DNA from: Cupriavidus necator
Lineage (GTDB): Bacteria; Pseudomonadota; Gammaproteobacteria; Burkholderiales; Burkholderiaceae
Length of the DNA stretch: 32,000 bases
Assembly (NCBI RefSeq): GCF_016127575.1
Contig: NZ_CP066018.1
Span: 3,990,001 to 4,022,000, forward strand
Direction of reading: 5' to 3'
The notes under the pieces were generated by a model, which saw only the letters and a program-made list of their open reading frames with translations, did not search any database and had not been told where the DNA came from. Positions 1-8,286 of the stretch are shown piece after piece. Both the position numbers and the translations under genes were made by a program. Position 1 is the first letter of the stretch. Each line of letters begins with the position of its first letter.

Positions 1-325
1 CGCCGAGCGCGTGGACGATATCCAGGAAGAGCTGATCGACCGCTTCGGCCGACTGCCGGCGCAGGCGCAGGCGCTGGTCGAGACCCACCGGCTGCGCATC
101 GCCGCGGCACCGCTGGGCGTGCGCAAGATCGACGCGGGCGAGGCCACCATCAGCGTGCAGTTCGTGCCCAACCCGCCGATCGACGCGATGCGCATCATCG
201 ACCTGGTGCAGAAGAACCGCCATATCAAGCTGGCCGGGCAGGACAAGCTGCGCATCGAGGCCAAGATGCCGGACGTGGCGATCCGCGCGCAGACCATCAA
301 GCATACGTTGCGGCAACTGGCGTAG
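1..325 (+). CDS. mfd: Transcription-repair coupling factor Mfd, C-terminal fragment (5' end lies beyond the left edge)
   Basis: The frame is open from the window edge to TAG at 323-325. The translation ...ELIDRFGRLPAQAQALVETHRLRIAAAPLGVRKID... resembles the C-terminal region of E. coli Mfd (ELIDRFGLLPDPARTLLDIARLRQQAQKLGIRKLE) as I recall it. Confidence 0.85.
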   Translation, partial: AERVDDIQEELIDRFGRLPAQAQALVETHRLRIAAAPLGVRKIDAGEATISVQFVPNPPIDAMRIIDLVQKNRHIKLAGQDKLRIEAKMPDVAIRAQTIKHTLRQLA

Positions 326-405
326 GGGTCATGCGTATCCTGCATGGACGCGGCGCGCGGCCGGGTGTAGCATCGATTCCTTAACAAGTTAGCGATAACG
401 CCCCC

Positions 406-1620
406 ATGCCCGCCCAAGCCGCTTCTTCCCGTCAGCCCGTCACCGAAACCGCCGCGCGCGGCAGCGCGCTTGAATGGACCCAGCGGCTGGTCGCGTACGA
501 CACCACCAGCCGCAACTCCAACCTGGGCCTGATCGAGTCGGTGCGCGACCATTTCCTGGCCAAGGGGCTGAAGCCGCATCTGAGCTACAACCCGCAGCAG
601 GACAAGGCCAACCTGTTCGTCACCGTGCCCGCCGCCGACGGCAATACCAACGGCGGCATCGTGCTCTCCGGCCATACCGACGTGGTGCCGGTGGACGGCC
701 AGGACTGGACCACCGACCCGTTCAAGCCGGTGGTGCGCGACGGCAAGCTCTACGGCCGCGGCACCTGCGACATGAAAGGCTTTATCGGCACCAGCCTGTC
801 GCTGCTGCCGGCCATCCTGCAGGCCAGGCTGCGCGAGCCGGTCCACTACGCGCTGTCCTTCGACGAAGAGATCGGCTGCATGGGCGCGCCCTACCTGCTG
901 GCCGAACTGCGCGACCGCGGCGTGACGCCCGGCGGCTGCATCGTCGGCGAACCCACCAGCATGCGCGTGATCGTGGCGCACAAGGGCATCAACGCCTACC
1001 GTTGCTGCGTCAGGGGCCAGGCCGCGCACTCGTCGCTGACGCCGCGCGGCGTCAATGCGATCGAATACGCCGCGCGCCTGATCTGCTTCATCCGCGACAT
1101 CGCCGATGAGTTCAAGGCCAACGGCCCCTACGACCAGGCCTTCGACGTGCCCTACACCACCGCGCAGACCGGCACCATCCAGGGCGGCATCGCGCTGAAC
1201 ACCATCCCGGCACTGTGCGAGTTCGTGTTCGAGTTCCGCAACCTGCCCGGCGTGGATCCCGAAGCCATCTACGCCCGCATCCAGGCCTACGCCAACGACG
1301 TGCTGCTGCCGAAGATGCGCGCCGAGCATGCCGACGCCGGCCTGACGCTGAGCAAGATCGCCGCCGCGCCGTCGCTGGACGTGGCCGAACAGGAAGCCAT
1401 CACGCAGCTGGTGCGCGCGCTGACCGCCGACCGCGACACCAACAAGGTGGCCTACGGCACCGAGGCCGGCCTGTTCCAGCGCGCCGGCATTCCGGCCGTG
1501 GTGTGCGGGCCTGGCGATATCCAGCAGGCGCACAAGCCGGATGAGTTTGTTGCGCTGGAGCAGTTGGCTGCTTGCGAGGCGTTCCTGCACAAGGTGGTCG
1601 ACAGCTTGCGCGTGAGCTGA
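406..1620 (+). CDS. argE: M20A-family metallopeptidase, acetylornithine deacetylase (ArgE)-like
   Basis: 404-aa ORF with an ATG start. M20 metal-binding motifs are present (SGHTDVVP, GRGTCDMKG, SFDEEIGC, plus a dimerisation-domain insert). No signal peptide. The exact substrate is not provable from sequence. Confidence 0.8.
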   Translation: MPAQAASSRQPVTETAARGSALEWTQRLVAYDTTSRNSNLGLIESVRDHFLAKGLKPHLSYNPQQDKANLFVTVPAADGNTNGGIVLSGHTDVVPVDGQDWTTDPFKPVVRDGKLYGRGTCDMKGFIGTSLSLLPAILQARLREPVHYALSFDEEIGCMGAPYLLAELRDRGVTPGGCIVGEPTSMRVIVAHKGINAYRCCVRGQAAHSSLTPRGVNAIEYAARLICFIRDIADEFKANGPYDQAFDVPYTTAQTGTIQGGIALNTIPALCEFVFEFRNLPGVDPEAIYARIQAYANDVLLPKMRAEHADAGLTLSKIAAAPSLDVAEQEAITQLVRALTADRDTNKVAYGTEAGLFQRAGIPAVVCGPGDIQQAHKPDEFVALEQLAACEAFLHKVVDSLRVS

Positions 1621-1640
1621 CTGCCGGGCATGCCAGAGCT

Positions 1641-1676
1641 TTGCTCCCCTCTCCCGCTTGCGGGAGAGGGGAGCAA
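1641..1676. repeat. Perfect 16-bp stem / 4-nt loop palindrome (TTGCTCCCCTCTCCCG-cttg-CGGGAGAGGGGAGCAA); REP-like element and/or argE terminator hairpin
   Basis: Read directly: 1641-1656 is the exact reverse complement of 1661-1676. It lies 21 nt after the argE stop, with no immediate T-run (..ccaatccgctttt). Confidence 0.6.
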
Positions 1677-1761
1677 CCAATCCGCTTTTCCCGGCGCTTT
1701 GCACTTGCCGCGCGCCGCCACACCGCCTGCATCACACCAACAACAACGAAGGAGACCTTGC

Positions 1762-3129
1762 ATGGCTGTCCGTGATTCCGCATCCCGTCCCACCACCCGC
1801 TTCGCGCTCGCCACCCTGGCGCTCGCCACCGGCCTGCTCTGCAACACCGCGCAGGCCCAGACGCAAGGCGCCGAAACCCTGCACGCCCAGATCGAAACCC
1901 GCGCCAAGGCCGTCGAGAAACAACTCATCGCGTGGCGCCGCGATATCCACCAGCATCCGGAACTGGGCAACTACGAGACGCGCACCGCCAAGCTCGTGGC
2001 CGACCAGCTGCGCAAGCTCGGCATGGAAGTGAAGACGGGCGTGGCCAAGACCGGCGTGGTCGGCGTGCTCAAGGGCGGCAAGCCCGGCCCGGTAGTGGCG
2101 CTGCGCGCCGACATGGATGCGCTGCCGGTCAAGGAACGCGTGGACGTGCCGTTCGCGTCGAAGGCCAAGGGCCAGTACCTGGGCAAGGAAGTGGACGTGA
2201 TGCACGCCTGCGGCCATGACACGCACGTGGCGATTTTGATGGCCACCGCCGAGGTGCTGGCCGGCATGAAGGACCAGCTGCCCGGCACGGTCAAGTTCAT
2301 CTTCCAGCCGGCCGAGGAAAGCCCGGCCGACTTCGAACCGAATGGCTCCAACACCTGGGGCGCCAAGCAGATGGTGTCCGAGGGCGTGCTGGACAATCCC
2401 AAGGTCGATGCGATCTTCGGCCTGCACGTGAGCAGCGGCATCGAATCGGGCAAGCTGGGCTGGCGCAGCGGCCCCTCGATGGCGGCGGCCGACCAGTTCT
2501 GGATCGACGTCAAGGGCCGCCAGACCCACGGCGCGCGGCCGTGGGGCGGGATCGACCCGATCGTGGTGGCGTCGCAGATCGTGATGGGCCTGCAGACCAT
2601 CCAGAGCCGCCAGGTCAACGCCATGCTGGAGCCGTCGGTGATTACCGTGGGCACCATCCACGGCGGCAACCGCATGAACATCGTGCCGGAGAAGGTCGAG
2701 ATGATGGGCACCGTGCGCACCTATGACGAAGGCATGAAGAAGGACATCCATGCCCGCATGAAGCGCACCACCGAGGCCATCGCCACCAGCGCCGGCGCCG
2801 AGGCCAGCTTCCGCGTGGTGGAGTTGTACAACGCCACCATCAACCAGCCGGCCCTGACCGAGAAGATGGCGCCCACGCTGCAGCGCGTGGCCGGCGAAGG
2901 CAACTGGATGATCACGCCCAAGGCGACCGCGTCGGAGGACTTCTCGTTCTACCAGGAGAAGGTCCCGGGCCTGTTCTTCAACCTCGGGGTGACGCCCAAG
3001 GGCCAGGATGTGACCAAGGCGCCTTCCAACCACTCGCCTGAGTTCTATGTGGACGAGCCGGCGCTGATCAACGGCGTGCGCGCCCTGTCCAGCCTGACCG
3101 TGGACTACATGGTGATGGCGCAGCGCTGA
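1762..3129 (+). CDS. Exported M20D-family amidohydrolase (aminoacylase / hippurate hydrolase-like peptidase)
   Basis: ATG at 1762 is preceded by GAAGGAG (1749-1755). The N-terminus MAVRDSASRPTTRFALATLALATGLLCNTAQAQT looks like a Sec signal peptide. The body has M20D hallmarks (IHQHPELG, MHACGHDTH, FQPAEE, HGGN). The track ORF start at 1630 would read through the palindrome and is rejected. Confidence 0.85.
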   Translation: MAVRDSASRPTTRFALATLALATGLLCNTAQAQTQGAETLHAQIETRAKAVEKQLIAWRRDIHQHPELGNYETRTAKLVADQLRKLGMEVKTGVAKTGVVGVLKGGKPGPVVALRADMDALPVKERVDVPFASKAKGQYLGKEVDVMHACGHDTHVAILMATAEVLAGMKDQLPGTVKFIFQPAEESPADFEPNGSNTWGAKQMVSEGVLDNPKVDAIFGLHVSSGIESGKLGWRSGPSMAAADQFWIDVKGRQTHGARPWGGIDPIVVASQIVMGLQTIQSRQVNAMLEPSVITVGTIHGGNRMNIVPEKVEMMGTVRTYDEGMKKDIHARMKRTTEAIATSAGAEASFRVVELYNATINQPALTEKMAPTLQRVAGEGNWMITPKATASEDFSFYQEKVPGLFFNLGVTPKGQDVTKAPSNHSPEFYVDEPALINGVRALSSLTVDYMVMAQR

Positions 3130-3218
3130 GCGGCTCGCCCGGGGCGCTGCGGCGGGGCTACAATAGCGCTTTTGCCGCGTTGCAGCCCCGCGCGGCAAGC
3201 GCCCGACCTTCATCCGCC

Positions 3219-4073
3219 ATGCCCCTGATCCTCCAGAGCACCGCCCCGCTTTCCCCAGCCGACCTCGACACCGCCCGCACCCTGGCCCGCGCCTCTGAAC
3301 TGGTGCTGCGCAGCGAGACCGTCGCCGCCGCCGAGGAATGCGCGCCGCTGACGCCGGCGCTGCGCGATGCGCTGGACGATTTCTGCGGCCCGCGCGCGAT
3401 CGACTGGGCAGTGGTGCCCGCGGGGCGCAAGCTGTCCGACTTCCACCTGGTGGCGATGGACATGGACTCGACCCTGATCACGATCGAGTGCATCGACGAG
3501 ATCGCAGATTTCTGCGGCCTCAAGGCCGAGGTCTCGGCCATCACCGAAGCCGCCATGCGCGGCGAGATCACCGATTTCAACGAAAGCCTGCGCCGCCGCG
3601 TGGCCCTGCTCAAGGGCCTGGACGCCAGCGTGCTGGACCGCGTCTATGAAGAGCGCCTGCGGCTGTCGCCGGGCGCCGAGCGCATGCTGCAGACCGTGCA
3701 GGCGCTGGGCCTGCGCACGCTGCTGGTGTCGGGCGGCTTCGTGCATTTCACCGAGAAGCTCAAGGCACGGCTCCAGCTCGACGTGACCCGCGCCAATACG
3801 CTGGAGATCGTCGACGGCAAGCTGACCGGCAATGTCGTCGGCGAGATCGTCAACGCCGACGTCAAGGCCCGCACCGTGCAGGAAGTCTGCGCCCGGATCG
3901 GAGCCACGCCGGACCAGGCCATCGTCATGGGCGATGGCTCCAACGACCTGAAGATGATGGCCGTGGCCGGCCTGTCGGTGGCATTCCGGGCCAAGCCGGT
4001 GGTGCGCACGCAAGCCAGCGTCGCGTTCAACCACGTCGGCCTGGACGGCCTGCTGGCGCTGTTCCCGCACTGA
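3219..4073 (+). CDS. serB: Phosphoserine phosphatase SerB (HAD superfamily)
   Basis: HAD motif I DMDSTLI, then SGGF, with GDGSNDL near the C-terminus. The overall layout matches SerB. ATG at 3219 is preferred to the TTG at 3180 given in the track. Confidence 0.85.
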   Translation: MPLILQSTAPLSPADLDTARTLARASELVLRSETVAAAEECAPLTPALRDALDDFCGPRAIDWAVVPAGRKLSDFHLVAMDMDSTLITIECIDEIADFCGLKAEVSAITEAAMRGEITDFNESLRRRVALLKGLDASVLDRVYEERLRLSPGAERMLQTVQALGLRTLLVSGGFVHFTEKLKARLQLDVTRANTLEIVDGKLTGNVVGEIVNADVKARTVQEVCARIGATPDQAIVMGDGSNDLKMMAVAGLSVAFRAKPVVRTQASVAFNHVGLDGLLALFPH

Positions 4074-4237
4074 TCCCGGGCCGCAGACAACGCGGCAATG
4101 CGCGCCGGGCGGCAAGCGCCCGGCCGGCCCCACCCGCGCGGGCCGCCTGCGACTCGTCGCCACAGCCAGCGCAAGTCCCTCCCCCAAGTGCAGATGAATC
4201 CCCACTGAGACGCAACGTCTACTTAGCGCTTGCCTCT

Positions 4238-4262
4238 TCAAATGCGAATCATTACCATTAAT
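4238..4262 (+). promoter_or_regulatory. Candidate Fur box upstream of the small-membrane-protein/PepSY operon
   Basis: TGCGAAT-c-ATTACCA (4243-4257) matches the 7-1-7 Fur model TGATAAT-n-ATTATCA at 11/14 positions. It sits in a locally A/T-rich stretch about 30 bp upstream of the ATG at 4287. Confidence 0.5.
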
Positions 4263-4286
4263 GTTTCGTTTATCTGACATTTCCCC

Positions 4287-4574
4287 ATGCAAGTTCTGGC
4301 CGTCCTTCTTGGCCTGGCTGCGGCTGCGTGCCTGTACCTGGCCGCGCCCAACCAGGTCCTGCTGCCGCCCGGCAGGGTCACGCAACCGCGTATGCTGGGC
4401 TGGCTGGGCCTGGTCCTGGTCGTCGTCAGCACCTGGCTGTGGAGCAACACCGATGGCTGGCCCGCAGCCATTGCCGCCAGCCTGGTGACCGTGCCCTGCG
4501 CGCTGTCGGTATGGCCCTTTATCGCCACCTATGCCGCGCGCAAGCGCCGGGCAGCACGGGAGCAACGGGCATGA
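4287..4574 (+). CDS. Small integral membrane protein (about 3 TM segments), probable iron-uptake accessory protein (DUF3325-type assignment is tentative)
   Basis: 95-aa ORF with hydrophobic segments (VLAVLLGLAAAACLYLAA, WLGLVLVVVSTWLW, AAIAASLVTVPCALSVWPFIA) and a basic tail. Its stop overlaps the next ATG (ATGA at 4571-4574). No clear SD. Confidence 0.6.
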   Translation: MQVLAVLLGLAAAACLYLAAPNQVLLPPGRVTQPRMLGWLGLVLVVVSTWLWSNTDGWPAAIAASLVTVPCALSVWPFIATYAARKRRAAREQRA

Positions 4575-4873
4575 GCGCAGACCGCTCCGCAATGGGCACC
4601 AAATGGCTTGCCGGTGCGCTGCTCGGGCTGCCGCTGGCGGTGGCGCTGTGCACGCTGTTGATCCTGTGGCTGCCGGGCGGCTGGGAAACCGGCATCGTCG
4701 CGGCCGTGGTGGCCTGCCTGCCGGTGTGGGTGGCCATCATCAGCGCCAGCCTGCTGTTCCGTTCCAGCCGCACTGCCTGGGTCTGGCTGGGCGGCGCCAA
4801 CCTGCTCTGCTTCGGCGCGCTCTGGCTGCTGCGCCTGGCCAGGCTGGCGCCGACGGCACTGGCCGCCTCCTGA
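4571..4873 (+). CDS. Small integral membrane protein (about 3 TM segments; DUF3649-type assignment is tentative)
   Basis: 100-aa ORF starting at the ATGA overlap with the previous gene. Strongly hydrophobic (LLGLPLAVALCTLLILWL, IVAAVVACLPVWVAIISASLLF, LLCFGALWLL). It ends 10 nt before the PepSY gene. Confidence 0.6.
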   Translation: MSADRSAMGTKWLAGALLGLPLAVALCTLLILWLPGGWETGIVAAVVACLPVWVAIISASLLFRSSRTAWVWLGGANLLCFGALWLLRLARLAPTALAAS

Positions 4874-4883
4874 GAACGCCATC

Positions 4884-6533
4884 ATGAAAACCGCAACCCT
4901 GCGCCTGTACCAGACGCTGCATACCTGGGTCGGCCTGATGGCCGGCTGGGCCCTGTTTATCGCCTTCTTTGCCGGGGCGGTCACCGTGTTCCACCATGAG
5001 CTGCACGTTTGGCAGTCGCCGTCGCGGCTGAAAGGCAATGCGCAGTTCGAGGCCAGTACCGACCCGGCCGCGGTCGACCGCTTCATGCAGAAGCTGGTCG
5101 CGATCCACCCCGAGGCCGCGGCCAGCTCATACGTGATCATGCCGTCGGAGGGAGAGCCCAATATCGCGGCCTACTGGCAGGACCAGGCCGGCGAGTGGCA
5201 GATGACCACCGACGCCCGCCTGGCCGGCGGCGCCGCGATGCAGCGCGACACCTCGCGCGACCAGGTGATCGGCGAACTGTCGGCATTCCTGAACAGCCTG
5301 CACTACTCGCTGGGGATCCCGGTCGGCGGCATCTATTTCATGGGCGCGATCTCGGTGCTGTACGGGCTGGCACTGGTATCGGGCGTGCTGCTGCACCTGC
5401 CACGGCTGAAGAAGGACCTGTTTGCAGTGCGCCCCGGGCGCAACCTGAAGCGCTTCTGGATGGACACCCACAATGTGCTGGGCCTGTTCAGCCTGCCTTT
5501 CCACCTGGTCTTTGCCATCACCGGCGCGCTGTTCTGCCTGTCGCTGGTGCTGATGATGGCGTTCAACACACTGACCTTCGATGGCCGCCTGTTCGAGGCG
5601 GTGCCCCGCGCCACCACCGCCGTGCCGGAAGTGGCCGCGGCCAACCGCGCGGTGCCGACCATGCCCACGGCAACGCTGATGCAGATCGCGCGCGAGCACG
5701 GCGGCGAGCGATTCACGCCCGAGTCGTTCCGCTTCCAGCGCTATGGCGACGCCAACGCCGTGGTGGAGGTGCGCGGCACCAGCACGCAGGCACTCGGCAA
5801 CCTGGGCTCGGTCGGCATCCATGCCGCCAGCGGCGAGCCCAACGCGGGCCAGCTGACCGCCAACCAGACCGCCGGCACGCGCGACAGCAACCACGGGCTC
5901 TACAGCGCGCTGTACGCACTGCATTTCGGCACTTTCGGCGAGCTGCCGGTGCGGCTGGTCTACCTGCTGGCCGGGCTCGCCGGCGCCTTCCTGTTCTATT
6001 CAGGCAACCTGCTGTGGATCGAGTCACGGCGCAAGCTGCGCCAGGCCGAGCAGCCTCGCGTGCACCGGCTGCTGGCGCAGGGCACGGTCGGCGTGTGCAT
6101 CGGCTGCTGCATCGGCGTGGCGCTGTGCTTCCCGGCGGCGCTGCTGTGGCCGGAGCGCGCGGTGAGCTACACGTATTTCACGGTGTTTGTCCTGGCCTGT
6201 GCCTGGGCGCTGCTGCGCCCGCCGGTGCGCGCCGCGGTGGAACTGCTCTACGCCGCCGCGCTGGCGTGGCTGACGGTGCCGCTGGCGAATGCGATCCTGA
6301 CCGGCGACCACCTGCTGCACAGCATCCCCAGCGGGCACTGGATCATCGCCGGCTTCGATATCGGCGCGATCGCGCTGGCCACGGGCTTTGTCGCCCTGGC
6401 CCGCGCCACGCAGCGCCGCGCGCGCAGTGGGCCGGCGGAGTCGGTCTGGGCGATGCCGCGGGCAGCCCAAGCCGCCCAGACCGCCAGGCCCACCGCGGGC
6501 GCCAAGGCGATGCCCAGCACGGATACGCCCTGA
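4884..6533 (+). CDS. PepSY-associated TM-helix protein (PiuB/FoxB-like iron-regulated membrane protein)
   Basis: 549 aa. The N-terminus (LYQTLHTWVGLMAGWALFIAFFAGAVTVFHHEL) and the recurring HxxxG/W TM motifs (LNSLHYSLG, WMDTHNVLGLFSLPFHLVFAITG, LYALHFGTFG) are typical of the PepSY_TM family. Confidence 0.8.
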   Translation: MKTATLRLYQTLHTWVGLMAGWALFIAFFAGAVTVFHHELHVWQSPSRLKGNAQFEASTDPAAVDRFMQKLVAIHPEAAASSYVIMPSEGEPNIAAYWQDQAGEWQMTTDARLAGGAAMQRDTSRDQVIGELSAFLNSLHYSLGIPVGGIYFMGAISVLYGLALVSGVLLHLPRLKKDLFAVRPGRNLKRFWMDTHNVLGLFSLPFHLVFAITGALFCLSLVLMMAFNTLTFDGRLFEAVPRATTAVPEVAAANRAVPTMPTATLMQIAREHGGERFTPESFRFQRYGDANAVVEVRGTSTQALGNLGSVGIHAASGEPNAGQLTANQTAGTRDSNHGLYSALYALHFGTFGELPVRLVYLLAGLAGAFLFYSGNLLWIESRRKLRQAEQPRVHRLLAQGTVGVCIGCCIGVALCFPAALLWPERAVSYTYFTVFVLACAWALLRPPVRAAVELLYAAALAWLTVPLANAILTGDHLLHSIPSGHWIIAGFDIGAIALATGFVALARATQRRARSGPAESVWAMPRAAQAAQTARPTAGAKAMPSTDTP

Positions 6534-6556
6534 GCGCATGGCGCCCGCACGCAAGA

Positions 6557-6584
6557 ACGGACGCAGCAGCGTCCGTTTTTGTTT
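6557..6584 (+). terminator. Rho-independent terminator of the PepSY operon
   Basis: ACGGACGC-agca-GCGTCCGT stem-loop followed by TTTTTGTTT, 24 nt after the stop codon. Confidence 0.8.
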
Positions 6585-6650
6585 CCTGGGCAGCACCAGC
6601 CCGGCCCCTGCCCTACACTATCTCAGGCCAACAACATCGAGCCTACCGCC

Positions 6651-6890
6651 ATGGAATCGACCTTCCACCAGTTTTCCGAACTGTTCGCCCAGCTCGGCCT
6701 GGCCTCCGACGAAGCCAGCATCCGCAGCTTTATCGGCACGCACGCCCCGCTGCCCGACGATGTCGAGCTGGCCGAGGCACCGTTCTGGACCCCCGCCCAG
6801 GCCACGCTGCTGCGCGACGAACTGCTGGACGACGCCGACTGGGCCGAGGTCGTCGACCAGCTCAATCTCGCCCTGAGACAGCCGGCCTGA
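6651..6890 (+). CDS. Small acidic DUF2789-like protein
   Basis: 79-aa ORF from ATG 6651 (MESTFHQFSELFAQLGLASDEASIRSFI...PFWTPAQATLLRDELLDDADWAEVVDQLN). It resembles the DUF2789 family as I recall it. The track's longer start at 6579 overlaps the terminator. Confidence 0.65.
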   Translation: MESTFHQFSELFAQLGLASDEASIRSFIGTHAPLPDDVELAEAPFWTPAQATLLRDELLDDADWAEVVDQLNLALRQPA

Positions 6891-6896
6891 GGCCGC

Positions 6897-8120
6897 TTAC
6901 GCGGCCAGCGTAGCCTCCAGCGCCTGGCGCAGGTCGGCGATCAGGTCGCGCGTGTCTTCCAGGCCGATATAAAGCCGCACCAGTTCGCCGGCATCCTGCC
7001 AGCCGGCCGGCGGCCAGGTGCCCGCCGGGCGCATGCCCTGCACGTGGTACGGCACGGCCAGGCTGTGGGCACCGCCCCAGGACCAGCCGATCGCAAACAG
7101 CTGCAGCGCCTCGACCAAGGCATCCACCTGCTGGCGTGTATAGCGTGCCCGCAGGATGATGGCAAAGAGCCCGCTGGCACCGGTGAAATCGCGCCGCCAG
7201 CTGGCGTGGCCGGGGCAGTCCGGCAGCGCAGGATGCAGCACGCGCGCAACCTCGGGCCGCTGGCGCAGCCACTCCGCCACTTCGCGGGCCGCACGGTCAT
7301 GCGCGGCCAGGCGCACCGGCAGGCTCGGCAGCCCGCGCAGCACCAGGTGGCAGTCATCGGCGGAAACACCCCAGCCCATCAGCATGCGGGTGCGCTTGAG
7401 GCGGTCATGCAGCGCATCGTCGCAGGTCAGCACCGCGCCCATCAGCACGTCGCTGCCGCCGGACTGGTACTTGGTCAGCGCCTGCACCGAGATGTCGATG
7501 CCCTTGTCGAACGGGCGGAAGTAGATGCCGGCAGACCAGGTATTGTCGATCGCGGTCAGCACGCCGTGCGCCCTGGCCGCGGCGACGATGGCGTCGCTGT
7601 CGGGCACTTCCATGGTCACCGAACCGGGCGACTCCATCCAGATCAGGCGCGTATTCGGCCGGATCATCGCCGCCATCGCAGCAGCGTCCATCGGGTCGTA
7701 GTAGCGCACGGTCACGCCGAATTCGCGTGCCAGCCACTCGCCGTGGTCGCGGTTGGGGCCGTAGACGTTGTGCGGCACCAGCACGTCGTCGCCGCTCTTG
7801 AGCAGCGCGAAGTAGACCAGCGAGATCGCCGCCAGCCCCGACGGCTGCAGCAGCGTGTGGCGCGCGCCCTCCAGCAGCGCCAGGTGCTGGCACAGCGCCT
7901 CGCTGGTGGGCGTGGCGTGCAGGCCATAGCGCCAGTAGGTGGTGGCACCGTCGCCATGGGCGCGCAGTTCGGCGAGGTTGCGGAACACCACGGTGGAGCC
8001 GCGGTGCGTGGCGGGAGAGAACGAGGCAAAGCCGGGCGCGATCTCCAGCTCGGGCTGGACCGCAACGGTTTGCAGGTAATGGGCGGGCGACGCGGGCTTG
8101 TCGGATGGCGAATCGGACAC
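6897..8120 (-). CDS. metC: Cystathionine beta-lyase (PLP-dependent, Cys/Met metabolism family)
   Basis: Long collinear similarity to E. coli MetC (ESPGSVTMEV, IDNTW, QALTKY with the PLP lysine, HPALP..H..W.RDFTG.SGLF, YSWGG, RLYIGLED..DLIADL). GTG start at 8120 is preceded by AAGGAA. The upstream part of the track ORF has no support. Confidence 0.88.
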   Translation of the reverse strand: MSDSPSDKPASPAHYLQTVAVQPELEIAPGFASFSPATHRGSTVVFRNLAELRAHGDGATTYWRYGLHATPTSEALCQHLALLEGARHTLLQPSGLAAISLVYFALLKSGDDVLVPHNVYGPNRDHGEWLAREFGVTVRYYDPMDAAAMAAMIRPNTRLIWMESPGSVTMEVPDSDAIVAAARAHGVLTAIDNTWSAGIYFRPFDKGIDISVQALTKYQSGGSDVLMGAVLTCDDALHDRLKRTRMLMGWGVSADDCHLVLRGLPSLPVRLAAHDRAAREVAEWLRQRPEVARVLHPALPDCPGHASWRRDFTGASGLFAIILRARYTRQQVDALVEALQLFAIGWSWGGAHSLAVPYHVQGMRPAGTWPPAGWQDAGELVRLYIGLEDTRDLIADLRQALEATLAA

Positions 8121-8286
8121 GGCGGTTTCCTTGCTGGCTGCTGGCCGGACACGGCGCGCTGCCCCGGCGGTATCGCCCGGGCAGAAGCGTGGCACGGTCA
8201 GGAATGAGACTCGATGAGCCTCCGAGCTTACCAGCAAATGCCGGCCGCGCCACCGGCGATGGCAACGGCGGACACTAGTAAGCGGC

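Noticed and set aside
1630-1761. N-terminal 44-codon extension of the M20D amidohydrolase ORF
   Set aside because: It would translate through the perfect palindrome at 1641-1676. The internal ATG at 1762 has a GAAGGAG SD and yields a proper signal peptide.
3172-4124. Shared 14-mer GCGGCAAGCGCCCG on both sides of serB (about 3193 and about 4110), each within a GC hairpin (3172-3198 and 4104-4124)
   Set aside because: Exact 14-mers of this GC-rich composition are expected by chance in a window of this size and composition. There are no flanking direct repeats or mobility genes. The hairpins lack U-tracts, so I do not call them terminators or a mobile cassette.
5009-6913. 634-aa + strand ORF in an alternative frame across the PepSY gene, the terminator and the DUF2789 gene
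   Set aside because: It reads through a strong rho-independent terminator and two better-supported genes. It is extremely Arg/Ala/Gly/Pro-rich with no hydrophobic or catalytic motifs.
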